Origin: an uncultured bacterium
GTDB lineage: Bacteria; Babelota; Babeliae; Babelales; Babelaceae
Direction of reading: 5' to 3'
Assembly (NCBI GenBank): GCA_963819815.1
Contig: CAWFXL010000001.1
Location: forward strand, 1,248,001 to 1,312,000
Length of the DNA: 64,000 nucleotides
This document shows positions 50,494 through 60,414 of the stretch, piece after piece. How positions within the stretch are numbered: the stretch's first letter is position 1; each line of letters starts with the position of its first letter. The notes beneath the pieces were generated by a model. The model saw only the letters and a program-made list of their open reading frames with translations, had not been told where the DNA came from and did not search any database. Position numbers and translations under genes: made by a program.

Positions 50494-51219
50494 TTACGTA
50501 ATATCATAACTGATACGTACGTGCCCGCTTTTGTTTCTCAGTTTCACAATGGTTAGTGTACCAATATCTGTAGTTTTTGCATGCGTACCTCCGCAGGGGA
50601 TGGGATAGTACCCTTCTATGATCATCGCTCGTGCCTGTTGGCCCTGAGCTACAGTTTCAGGAACATATCCAGCTAAGCTCTTGAGTTCTTCGTAGCCCAT
50701 CATTTTGATGGTCACCGGAAGTCTTTGTTGTACGAGTCGGTTTACTTCGTCTTGAAGGTGCTTTTGCAGTGTTGCACGCTCTTCTTCGCTAAGAGTTCCT
50801 GCGTACTCACAGTAGGCTCCTTCTTGAAAGTGGTAACCACGAGTCGCTGGAAAGCCAAAACCACAGTTTCGTAGAGCGATATCGATGATATGGCCTGCCG
50901 TATGATTCCTGCTATTGAATTCGCGACGTACCTTATCGAGTGCTAGTAATACTTGGTCATGAGGTGCACAGGTTCCCGAGATCGATCCGCTATGGGATAC
51001 GATGCCATCGGCGAATCTTACCTCTTTCACGCTGATTATTCCGCTTGGCCCGGTGATGGTACCTTGATCATACGGTTGGCCGCCCCCTTGAGGATAAAAA
51101 ATCGTCGAATCAAGGATAACAGAGCAGCTCCCATCTGGCTGGGCAATAACGTCAAGGACGGTTGCTGTATCCTGAAGAAGCTCCCCGTGATCTAAATAGC
51201 GTAAGATGGTTGGTTTCAT
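50494..51219 (-). CDS. alaX: AlaX-like trans-editing protein (AlaRS editing domain)
   Basis: [21 protein letters not shown]. Confidence 0.88.
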   Translation of the reverse strand: MKPTILRYLDHGELLQDTATVLDVIAQPDGSCSVILDSTIFYPQGGGQPYDQGTITGPSGIISVKEVRFADGIVSHSGSISGTCAPHDQVLLALDKVRREFNSRNHTAGHIIDIALRNCGFGFPATRGYHFQEGAYCEYAGTLSEEERATLQKHLQDEVNRLVQQRLPVTIKMMGYEELKSLAGYVPETVAQGQQARAMIIEGYYPIPCGGTHAKTTDIGTLTIVKLRNKSGHVRISYDIT

Positions 51220-51231
51220 CGTTCTTCCTTC

Positions 51232-51657
51232 TTACCGATATAATGATAGTCGCTTGGTTAAAGGGTCGATCATCTCTTTTTTTCCAAAGAGTGCAACTGC
51301 ATAATACACATGTTCTGTAGTGGCTTTAGTGCGCTCAAGTTGTTCGGCATAGGTTCCACCGGTCATTGTTTCTATAAAGTCAGCATGCAAAAGGCCGTGC
51401 TCCTTGGCTGCTGATACTAACTTAGTTAAGTCGCCTTGAGAGCCGCGAAGCACGATTAAAGATAGCCCGGAGATGGATGGAAGCACAGTGTTGTTGGCAT
51501 CAATAAAGGGAATAAAGCTCATAAACTTCTTCTGTTCTTCAGTTGCTTGGGCTGCGATGCTTAAGGCAACATGGGAAGCTGCGTTAAGTGCAACTCCAAT
51601 ATCAATTGTTTTATTAATAGCTATGACAAATTTATAGTCACTATATACGTTAACCAT
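51232..51657 (-). CDS. DUF2000 family protein (Pth2-like fold)
   Basis: GVALNAASH, DFIETM, ALFGKKEMIDPLTKRLSLY. Confidence 0.75.
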   Translation of the reverse strand: MVNVYSDYKFVIAINKTIDIGVALNAASHVALSIAAQATEEQKKFMSFIPFIDANNTVLPSISGLSLIVLRGSQGDLTKLVSAAKEHGLLHADFIETMTGGTYAEQLERTKATTEHVYYAVALFGKKEMIDPLTKRLSLYR

Positions 51658-51728
51658 GAATAACCCCTTAGGAAGGTGTTGAGATCTGTGTTATAAACAA
51701 AAAAATGAGGGTGAATACGTAGAAATAG

Positions 51729-51812
51729 TTAGGCCGGGTGGCCCAGGAGGAGGAACAGAACTGAATGGTGAGTGGTAAGACTTTGATATCCTACGCTAGT
51801 ATTAATGTTCAT
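51729..51812 (-). promoter_or_regulatory. Candidate Leu-rich leader peptide (27 aa)
   Basis: MNINTSVGYQSLTTHHSVLFLLLGHPA*, upstream of DUF2000-alaX-leuS. Confidence 0.45.
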
Positions 51813-51956
51813 ATAAGAAAGGATATCAGATTTTGCTTTGCAAAACAAGTGCAGAAATAACATGATATGTTTGCATGGTGAGAGAATCTCTGTTAACGGC
51901 TTCTGGGAGTTTGTTCATGATAGATGGTTAGGTGATTATATCGATCATGTTTGTAG

Positions 51957-52814
51957 TTAGTCGAAATCAGTTGGTGGGTATTCACCAACTACGAGCCATT
52001 CAAGCATGCCTCGGCTGTGAAGTAAGGCAGTATAAGCTTTCTCAACAAGGATCAAGACCCGCATAGCATACTTTTTATTACTATCACCTTCTATGTTTTC
52101 TGGATCCCATTGGGTTAAAAGATCTATATACGCTCTTTGAATGTCTGCTTGCGTATACTGTTTATCAAGTCCTAATATATACCTGAAGACGTCTTCGGCC
52201 GTTGTGGCGCTCTGAAAGGTACGAGCAGGAACAAGTACTTTACGTATCTGATCATCAGTAAGTCTTAAAAGCTCGTCTACTAGTAAGCTATTCTGCAAAT
52301 TCCAGTAGCGTAGTCGACCAAAAGCGGCGAGCGGATTGCCTGATGTCATTATTGCGTTATATGCCTTAACAGTTTTTTCAGGGAGCTTGTTTGAAAACTC
52401 AAATATTAGTTCACTGGGCCCAAGTAACCTTTGCCTTGCAGAGATCGTGATAACTAATGGATCTGTATCGGACTGCTTTACCTCTTCCCATTTACTGCGA
52501 AGCATTTCAGGGAGTAATTCTCCGTTTTTGACGCTATATCCCATGATTTGTCCATAGCCAGAAAAAGTAATGGCACTTCCTAGTAGGAATATATCTTTAG
52601 AACCTATGTATGCAATATCCCCAGGGCTAATAATGCGGGATATTTCCCCAGATCGATGAGCATGATACGTAACCTTTAGGGGTATGCTGACATAGGTACC
52701 AATTAAATCGTTATGAATTATTACTTGAGATTTTGGATGCTCCTCCATCCCATGTAATGAGAACAAGCTTCCTGTAATAAACATGGTATGAAGAGAGATT
52801 CGTAGAAAGCCCAT
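51957..52814 (-). CDS. Secreted protein with one degenerate J-domain
   Basis: Signal peptide ending SLHG|ME; YILGL...DIQRAY...QWDPEN...VEKAYTAL. Confidence 0.8.
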   Translation of the reverse strand: MGFLRISLHTMFITGSLFSLHGMEEHPKSQVIIHNDLIGTYVSIPLKVTYHAHRSGEISRIISPGDIAYIGSKDIFLLGSAITFSGYGQIMGYSVKNGELLPEMLRSKWEEVKQSDTDPLVITISARQRLLGPSELIFEFSNKLPEKTVKAYNAIMTSGNPLAAFGRLRYWNLQNSLLVDELLRLTDDQIRKVLVPARTFQSATTAEDVFRYILGLDKQYTQADIQRAYIDLLTQWDPENIEGDSNKKYAMRVLILVEKAYTALLHSRGMLEWLVVGEYPPTDFD

Positions 52815-52989
52815 ACGTGCTCCAAAGTCATTTTTTTATAAATTATTCTATATGTAATAATGATAAAAAACTTTATGAATAAAAGTCAAGGGTTGACGGG
52901 CTCTTTACTCTCAGATTGAAATGTTCCGCATAGACAATTTGAGGTATCTCATACGAGGGACTTAGTACCTCGATAAGAGCGAGCTTTGA

Positions 52990-54150
52990 TTACTGTGTCA
53001 GCGCTTTGCTTCTTCTAGCTTGCAGTAATATGGTATGGGCTTTTTCAATAAGAGCGAAGACCCTTTTTGCATACTTTTTATTACTAGCGCCTTCTATATT
53101 TTTTGGATCCCATTGGGTTGCAAGTTTGGCATAAGCCTTTTCAACGTCAGGTGCCTTATAATCTTCATTAAGCCCTAAAATATACATGAAGGCATGCTCA
53201 GCCGTTAGAGCATGCGCGGAGCTACTTGCAGGAATAAGCTCAATAGGTAACTGATCCTCTGATATTTCTAACAGCTTATCAGCATCTAAGGTTTTCATGA
53301 TTGCTACGACCTCTGAGTCTCGGTAACGAGCAAAGGCTTCCAGCGGGCTGAGGGCCTGCATTAAAGCAGTATAAGCTTTTTCAACGAGGGCCAAGACCCT
53401 TTCGGCGAACTTTTTATGGGTATCGTCAATGGTGTTTTTTGGATCCCACTGAACTAAGAGTTCGATATAAGCTCTTTGAATATCTTCTTGGGTATAGTTT
53501 TTATCAAGCCCCAACATATACCTGAATACATCTCCAGCAGTTGTAGCATTCTGTATTCTACTAGCAGGCACAAGTTCTTTGTGTATCTGATCATCGGGAA
53601 GGTTTAAGAGTTGATCTACTTGTAAGATATTTTCTAACCTCCAGTAGCGTAACCGTCCAAAAGCTTCCAGGGGATTGCCCGATGCCATTATACTGTCGTA
53701 TTTCTTAGTAATAGCTTCAGGAAGTTTGTTTGAAAAATCCAACGTTAATTCACTGGGCCCCGTTAATGATTGCTTTGCAGAGAGGGTTATCACAAAGGGA
53801 TCTGTGTCAGAGTGCTTTACAATATCCCATTTACTGCGAAACATATGAGGGAATAATCCTGTATCTTTGATGCTGTGTCCCACGATTTGTCCATAGCCTG
53901 AAAAGGCAATTGTGCTTCCTGGTAAGAATATGTCGCTCATACCTATATATGCAACTTCCTCAGGGCTAACGATGCGAGAAATTTTCTTATTCGGAAGCTC
54001 ATAATAGGTAACCTTCAGAGGTACGCTGTAATATTTACCGATTAGGGCATTATTAACGATCACTTGGAATTTAGGTAGATCCATCGCTTTTAGGGAAAAC
54101 AAACTGCCTGCTATACATATCGTATGAAGAGAAATTCTTAAAAGGTCCAT
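52990..54150 (-). CDS. Secreted protein with two degenerate J-domains, paralog of 51957-52814
   Basis: Signal peptide ending SLKA|MD; two QWDPKN J-like units. Confidence 0.8.
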   Translation of the reverse strand: MDLLRISLHTICIAGSLFSLKAMDLPKFQVIVNNALIGKYYSVPLKVTYYELPNKKISRIVSPEEVAYIGMSDIFLPGSTIAFSGYGQIVGHSIKDTGLFPHMFRSKWDIVKHSDTDPFVITLSAKQSLTGPSELTLDFSNKLPEAITKKYDSIMASGNPLEAFGRLRYWRLENILQVDQLLNLPDDQIHKELVPASRIQNATTAGDVFRYMLGLDKNYTQEDIQRAYIELLVQWDPKNTIDDTHKKFAERVLALVEKAYTALMQALSPLEAFARYRDSEVVAIMKTLDADKLLEISEDQLPIELIPASSSAHALTAEHAFMYILGLNEDYKAPDVEKAYAKLATQWDPKNIEGASNKKYAKRVFALIEKAHTILLQARRSKALTQ

Positions 54151-54434
54151 AATAACTCCCAGGTTATTTTTTATACTTAATTTTTACTATGTGTATGTAA
54201 TATTAAAAAATAAATCATATAATTGTCAAGGGTTGGGGGGGTACATTCCAGCTTTAAAAGCAAGACTCAGATGTGTTTGAGCACCAATCATGCCATGTGT
54301 CGCTCTATTTGTGAGTCTATGAGAACAAGAAAGGAAGGACCTCTAAGAATAGCCAAAAGTTGATATTCGTCCTAATGTCGATACAATAAACAGAAAAAGA
54401 ATCTACGAGATATCAGTAATGGGGAGAAAATATT

Positions 54435-55925
54435 ATGATACTAGTACGCATACTTGGGCTGTGTGGTCTTGCATTTAATATGTGTGCTATGAACCTACAA
54501 CTTGAGAAGGCAGTTATTCTTCCTCAAGAGCAACAAAAAGAATTACATCGCCAGCTGATGCAAGCTTCAAAAGTGGGAAATGCCTCTCTTATACGAGAGC
54601 TCCTTAACCAGGGAGCGCCATTACTAAAAAAAGATAAGGTGACGTATGTGCACGATGAGCGAGAGGCTGTCGATCTATTCTTTACCTATACAGCATTTGA
54701 TTGGGCTGCAGTATATGGGCATACTGAATGTATGGATGTTTTGCTTGATAGACTTGAAGATGCTACCCCACCGGCCTCGCGACAGGTAAACTATAATCAC
54801 CTCAAATCTTTAAAAGAGAAACGCACAGCTATAGTACCCCTTTTTCAAAGAGATCAAAGAAGTCTGGCTGCACTACGTACGTGTATCTCAAATATTCGGC
54901 GCTATATGAGTACCATCACAGTGCACGGATTTGCTGACCCTGAATGGTATGTGCTTGAACGGATAGTAAGTAGACTCGAGCAGCAGCTTTCACTTAATCT
55001 TGTACTCAGCTCTTGTTTGGCTAGCGACGATTCTTTACGTCAGGTATTACTGTCTGCGGGGGCAGAACAGGTTACGGATTCACCCCCAAGTGATTGTAGA
55101 ATACAGGAACATCTTGATAGGCTCGTGTCTTTTGCCGTCCTAGAAGGAAATCCAGAGCTTTTGCCGGCGCTTATTCGCAAAAAAGCGAACGTTAATGCTG
55201 AGACTGGCTGCGGAAACTTAACCCCATTGCAGGTTGCAGCGATGAGGGAAGAGATGTATATGGCAAGATTATTGCTTGATGCTGGAGCATCTGTTAACTA
55301 TGTAAGTACTACTAACGACTGTACTCCCCTTCAGCTTGCTTGTCTCTATAGATCATTTCGTACAGCGCTACTGCTTCTTGAGTCTGGTGCTCAAATGTGG
55401 GAAACGGAAGATCATATGGCACCCGCACTTCGTAATGCCATCGACTTTCCCTCCTATCTTAAGGTGGTGTTGCTAGCAAGTATACAAAGATATGCCCCCA
55501 CAAGAGAAGACGCCAAAAGGGCTCTTCAAAATATTGCAGAGGTTCTCTTATTTTCTAGTGCACTGGAAACTCCAAAGTTACAAACAATTGGACAGGAACA
55601 GGAGCAGCTCTTAATGAAAGAGAACATGAGAGATCTTGCAGTAATCTTTCTCTATCACTTTCATCGCAATGATCTTCTTGCCTTGTGGAGAGAAATTATA
55701 GAGGTAAAATCGCACATTTTGTGCGATGAAATGCTTATAGCACAACTGAATCAGTACATAGGGGCTCTTTTGAAGAGTGATGAAATCAAAAAGTTTGCCT
55801 GCCTCAGTCTTTTAAAACGGCTTGCTCAAGAGGGCGATCACTTATACGTGACTAACCAATTGGCAATTGAAGAGGGTTCTGTTCCATTCTTATATATATA
55901 TCAATGCTTGACCAAAAATAGCTAA
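54435..55925 (+). CDS. Secreted ankyrin-repeat protein
   Basis: Signal peptide ending NMCA|MN; TAFDWAAVYGH, TPLQVAA, TPLQLAC. Confidence 0.88.
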   Translation: MILVRILGLCGLAFNMCAMNLQLEKAVILPQEQQKELHRQLMQASKVGNASLIRELLNQGAPLLKKDKVTYVHDEREAVDLFFTYTAFDWAAVYGHTECMDVLLDRLEDATPPASRQVNYNHLKSLKEKRTAIVPLFQRDQRSLAALRTCISNIRRYMSTITVHGFADPEWYVLERIVSRLEQQLSLNLVLSSCLASDDSLRQVLLSAGAEQVTDSPPSDCRIQEHLDRLVSFAVLEGNPELLPALIRKKANVNAETGCGNLTPLQVAAMREEMYMARLLLDAGASVNYVSTTNDCTPLQLACLYRSFRTALLLLESGAQMWETEDHMAPALRNAIDFPSYLKVVLLASIQRYAPTREDAKRALQNIAEVLLFSSALETPKLQTIGQEQEQLLMKENMRDLAVIFLYHFHRNDLLALWREIIEVKSHILCDEMLIAQLNQYIGALLKSDEIKKFACLSLLKRLAQEGDHLYVTNQLAIEEGSVPFLYIYQCLTKNS

Positions 55926-56141
55926 GGCCACCTAACTCGATCAGTATACTTTAGCCAACCACTCTCAGAAATGCCATTTGAGACATATTTGAGGAGCAAG
56001 AACTGTGTTGTCCAATAAATATGCCAATATTTCGGCTCACTTCTAACCAATGAGAATTTTTTCAAAAAAATAAAACCATTGACTTTTCCGATCAATACAT
56101 GTTACTTTGCAAGTAATAAGGGGATTTCGAAAGGACAATCT

Positions 56142-57797
56142 ATGGTCACATTTAAGGATCTTCCCTTAACTAAAGAACTGCTCGATATATTAGAGAAGCA
56201 GGGCTTTACTATTCCTACAGAAATTCAAGCGAAAGCTATTCCTCTTCTCTTATCAACAAAAAAGATAGATTTTCATGGCCAAGCACAGACAGGAACAGGG
56301 AAAACTTTAGCTTTTGGAATACCCTTATGTGAGAAAATTGATCGAAATAAAAAAAATACACAGGCATTGATTATAGCGCCAACGCGAGAACTTGCAGTAC
56401 AGATTTATGAAAGCCTTGAAAAGATAGCCTCTCATCTTGGTATATCTATGGCAGTCATTTATGGTGGGGTCTCAATTGACGATCAGATGAGAAATCTTAA
56501 GCGGGGAGCCCAAATAGTAGTAGGAACTCCTGGCCGGATTAATGACCATATGCGCAGAAAGACCCTTGATCTGAGCAAGATAGAAACACTTATTTTAGAT
56601 GAAGCAGACATTATGCTTGATATGGGGTTTAAGGAAGAAATTGATGAAATTATGAGGCACCTTCCTCAAGATAGACAAATATGGCTCTTCTCAGCGACAG
56701 TTAAACCCGGCATTGCGCAAATCATGAAAAGACACATGAAAGATACGGTATCGGTACGGGTGAGTCCATCAGCTGTAGCAGCATCACAGACTAAACAATA
56801 TTATTGCATCGTGCCATCGCGTGCACGAGTTCATGCCATAACACGATTTATACAGTCGGTAGGGGACTTTTATGGATTTATTTTTTGTCAGACGAAGATT
56901 CTTGCGAGTGAAGTTGCTGATGAGCTTACAAAAAGTGGGTACAATGTTGCTGCATTGCATGGAGATTTGAGTCAGCAGCAAAGGAATCGTGTGATAAAAA
57001 AATTTAGAAAAGGTGAAACGACTATTCTTGTAGCGACCGATGTTGCAGCACGTGGTATCGATATTCCTGATATTACTCATGTAATTAATTATTCGATGCC
57101 TGAAGACCTTGAAAGCTATGTACACCGAGTAGGACGCACCGGACGGGCTGGCAAAGAAGGTATTGCCATTACTTTTATCAACAGAGCTGAGCAACGAATT
57201 GTTAAGCAAGTTGAGAAACGCTTTGGTGCAATTATTGAACCGATAGATGTTCCTTCTGCTGAAGATGTTATTCAAAAACATCTTCAGGAAATACCGGCGT
57301 ACTTTGAAAAAGATGAAAAGATATCTGAAAAGGCTGCCCTTGAAAAGCTCATAGAGCCTTTATCGGTAGAAAAGCTTAAGCAGGTGACGGTGCGATTATT
57401 ATATGATAGATTTCTTTCAAAGCTTGATCTTGAAGAGATACCGTACACTCATGTGGAGGAGCCTGATCATGAGCAATTTCAGGAGATCTTTATAAATAGA
57501 GGCAGCGAGGATGGGATAACATCTGAAGATATACGTACGTTTGTTCTGCAAGTTCCAACGGTAAAGCCTGATCAGATTCAAAAAATTCGTGTGATAAAAA
57601 AGCGCAGCTTTGTACGACTTTCCTCAGATTGTAGCCCTGACCTAGTAAGTGCATTGCGTGGAAAAAAATTACATGGACAACCGGTCATCGTGAATGTAAC
57701 CTGTATGGTAAGCGATCGTAGTCAAGAATGGCGGACGCGAGAACGTGACCAACGCCGGGGCGGTGGTCGCCGTCAGAGAAGAAGGCCCCCAAAATAA
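56142..57797 (+). CDS. DEAD-box RNA helicase, paralog of 43975-45630
   Basis: All helicase motifs; ATG after AAGGA; Arg-rich tail. Confidence 0.95.
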   Translation: MVTFKDLPLTKELLDILEKQGFTIPTEIQAKAIPLLLSTKKIDFHGQAQTGTGKTLAFGIPLCEKIDRNKKNTQALIIAPTRELAVQIYESLEKIASHLGISMAVIYGGVSIDDQMRNLKRGAQIVVGTPGRINDHMRRKTLDLSKIETLILDEADIMLDMGFKEEIDEIMRHLPQDRQIWLFSATVKPGIAQIMKRHMKDTVSVRVSPSAVAASQTKQYYCIVPSRARVHAITRFIQSVGDFYGFIFCQTKILASEVADELTKSGYNVAALHGDLSQQQRNRVIKKFRKGETTILVATDVAARGIDIPDITHVINYSMPEDLESYVHRVGRTGRAGKEGIAITFINRAEQRIVKQVEKRFGAIIEPIDVPSAEDVIQKHLQEIPAYFEKDEKISEKAALEKLIEPLSVEKLKQVTVRLLYDRFLSKLDLEEIPYTHVEEPDHEQFQEIFINRGSEDGITSEDIRTFVLQVPTVKPDQIQKIRVIKKRSFVRLSSDCSPDLVSALRGKKLHGQPVIVNVTCMVSDRSQEWRTRERDQRRGGGRRQRRRPPK

Positions 57798-57799
57798 GG

Positions 57800-58312
57800 A
57801 TGGCTATGCTTAAAAAACTACTTATTGTTATGTGTCTATTTGTACCTACTATCTCTGCTGATTGGATAGATGATCTGAGTCTTTTTGTTGATACAGGAAC
57901 TCTTGATCAGTTGAAAGCTGAAAATGTGGTGCAAACCTATATTGACACTGATGAGCGTGAAATACAGCGAATTGAAAAAAAGGCTGCAGCAAATGATGAA
58001 GAAGGCTTTTGGGCAACTCTGCGAGGAGGCACGTTTCAGCTTCAATGGGCAGCGGCAAAAGCAAGTTTGCGGTATCATAAGAAGGTGCTTATCTTTATAA
58101 AAGGTCTTCCTAAAAATGAGCGCGATCGTACGAATCTAATTGAAAACTTACATACTCTTAAAAAGCTTGAAGAAGAGCTTGCTGAGTTAAAGAAAGACTA
58201 TAAGAAAGCTTCGGGAATGGGCGAATCATTGAAAGTTGCCGGTTTCATCGGTGCTAAAGAAGTTCAGATTAAAGCTCGAAAAGCATTTATTAAAGGTTCA
58301 TTCATTATTTGA
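57800..58312 (+). CDS. Exported coiled-coil hypothetical protein
   Basis: Signal peptide; two similar helical repeats. Confidence 0.75.
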   Translation: MAMLKKLLIVMCLFVPTISADWIDDLSLFVDTGTLDQLKAENVVQTYIDTDEREIQRIEKKAAANDEEGFWATLRGGTFQLQWAAAKASLRYHKKVLIFIKGLPKNERDRTNLIENLHTLKKLEEELAELKKDYKKASGMGESLKVAGFIGAKEVQIKARKAFIKGSFII

Positions 58313-58362
58313 TCGGGTCTAATTTAACGGTAATGGCCCTTTATCCTATTTTCTTATAAATA

Positions 58363-58393
58363 AGAGAGTAAGCCTACTATTGGCTTACTCTCT
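58363..58393. terminator. Hairpin between convergent genes
   Basis: AGAGAGTAAGCC...GGCTTACTCTCT 12-bp stem. Confidence 0.75.
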
Positions 58394-58401
58394 CATCTAG
58401 G

Positions 58402-59184
58402 TTAAATATAATCAAGTTGGTTTCTCAGGCGCTTAAGGCCATGCCAGGTACACAGAATGGTGAACAAAAACAGCATTACTACGCATACCCAATAGTTTAA
58501 TGAGCCTTCTAGTCCGAGTACTGCAGCACGCGCTCCTTCCATAACATAAATCATGGGATTAATGAGGCTTACATAGGCAAGCATAGGACTAAACAGATAT
58601 AACACCTTCCATGAATACTGGAATCCACCTAGGAACCAAAGTGGATATACAAAACGCATCCAGACACTACCAATTTGCTCCATACCTTTTACACGGCTTG
58701 TTACCCAGAGGGTGAATGCTGCATAAAATACATTAGAGAGCATGAGAATGAGCAAAAACTTTCCATAACTGAGCTTGGAAAGATCGAGGGAATTCCATGC
58801 AAGGAGCTTACTTATGGGTAGGACCAGGATGCCCATTGTGGCTGTATTAATCGTGTAATAAACCATCTTCTCGATAAATACAAGATAGGAAGGCATTGGT
58901 AAGGTAAGGTAGTACGAGGTGATATCACCGCCCTCAAAATCACTTATGAGGTTAGTAACGCTTGCATAGAGCTCAAAGAGCCCAGCGCTTACCACAAGAC
59001 TTGCCACCAAAAATCCGGTATAGTCTGCAGCCAAACCAAATGCAGGCATAAGGTAGGTGGTGACAAGTACCATGGTGACTATCCAGATAAATAGATCAAT
59101 CAGTTTATCCCAAATTGTTTGGGTAAAGATCTCAAGATCGGTTCTTAAGAGTTTCCACATCAGTGGTAAATAGGGACGTATCAT
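58402..59184 (-). CDS. ABC-2 type transporter permease
   Basis: Six TM segments, NPMIYVMEGARAA. Confidence 0.9.
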   Translation of the reverse strand: MIRPYLPLMWKLLRTDLEIFTQTIWDKLIDLFIWIVTMVLVTTYLMPAFGLAADYTGFLVASLVVSAGLFELYASVTNLISDFEGGDITSYYLTLPMPSYLVFIEKMVYYTINTATMGILVLPISKLLAWNSLDLSKLSYGKFLLILMLSNVFYAAFTLWVTSRVKGMEQIGSVWMRFVYPLWFLGGFQYSWKVLYLFSPMLAYVSLINPMIYVMEGARAAVLGLEGSLNYWVCVVMLFLFTILCTWHGLKRLRNQLDYI

Positions 59185-59924
59185 AGAGGGTCCTTTTTTT
59201 CACGTGTTAATTCTAGAAACACATCTTCTAAGCGGCCTTTTTCAAAAGATCGCATAAGGTTTGAAGGGGTATCAATAAGCTTTACCTCTCCCGCATGCAG
59301 TACTACTACTCTATCAGAGAGTCGTTCTGCTTCTTCAAGGTAATGCGTAGTAAGCAAGATGCTTACACCTTCAGCCTTAATCTGTTCTATGTAATGCCAT
59401 AGTTGATTGCGAATATCAGGATCAAGGGCAACTGTTGGCTCATCGAGAATGATCAGCTTTGGAGAATGTATGAGGGTGCGAGCAAGCATAAAACGCTGCT
59501 TCCAACCACCTGATAATTCATCCGATTTTGCATCGAGGTATTCATTAATACCAAGTTGCTGATTAAGCTCAACAAGGCGTTTCTCAATCTGCTCCCGAGA
59601 CATGCCATAATATTCACCCGCATATTCCAGATTCTTTCGCACGGTTAATAGCGGATTCAAATTAGGCTTTTGTGGACAGTATCCTATAATCTGCCGGTAA
59701 GCAGGTAGGTTCCCATAAATTGAGCGTTCTTGATACAGCATATCGCCTTTGCTCGGCGGATGAAGTGTGGCGACAATCGTTGAGAGCGTTGTTTTTCCAG
59801 CACCATTTACGCCAAGCAAACTGACGAGCTCGCCAGCATAGAGGTCAAAAGAGACACCTTTGAGAGCTTCTTTTGAGCCAAACTTTTTTCGTATGTCACA
59901 GATTCTTATTAATGGGGTACTCAT
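59181..59924 (-). CDS. ABC transporter ATP-binding protein (drug-export type)
   Basis: GVNGAGKTT, LSGGWKQR, ILDEPT, TTHYLEEAE. Confidence 0.93.
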   Translation of the reverse strand: MSTPLIRICDIRKKFGSKEALKGVSFDLYAGELVSLLGVNGAGKTTLSTIVATLHPPSKGDMLYQERSIYGNLPAYRQIIGYCPQKPNLNPLLTVRKNLEYAGEYYGMSREQIEKRLVELNQQLGINEYLDAKSDELSGGWKQRFMLARTLIHSPKLIILDEPTVALDPDIRNQLWHYIEQIKAEGVSILLTTHYLEEAERLSDRVVVLHAGEVKLIDTPSNLMRSFEKGRLEDVFLELTREKKDPL

Positions 59925-60056
59925 GGGTACACATCCTTTTCTTGCCAACAAGATGGCGATTTTAGAGTAGGTAAAGATAACAAAAAGGGAGTGGGGGAAG
60001 TCTGAGAAAAGCGATGCAGAAGTGGAAAATAATCTGAAGAGAGAATTGAGCCAATA

Positions 60057-60110
60057 CTACAAAGCTTTAGACGGCTTCGGTACGATTAACATAACATTCA
60101 TCATTATCAT
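60057..60110 (-). promoter_or_regulatory. Candidate leader peptide (17 aa) of the ABC exporter operon
   Basis: AAGGAG RBS, then MIMMNVMLIVPKPSKAL*, followed by a C/T-rich tract. Confidence 0.6.
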
Positions 60111-60414
60111 GGCTCTAACTCCTTTAAAAGAGAGTAATACTTACTAGTTTAATTATAGCTTGCTTTAGGTATGAGGTCAAGGTAAAAATGCTCACTGGCT
60201 GATGCTGCTTCCTAGCGGGCATATAGAATAACTTTATGCCGGGGTTGGTCTATGAACAATGTATGTCGTTAAGCGTGTTTAGTGCAGTGGCTCTAGCAAG
60301 TGCTGAATAAGCCCCCAGAAGCATTGTAAGCCAGTACTAGAGGACCATGTGTTTGCATCATCTTCAATTTGCTGGTATAATTATTAAATGAAAATAATTA
60401 CTGGAGAAAGTTCT

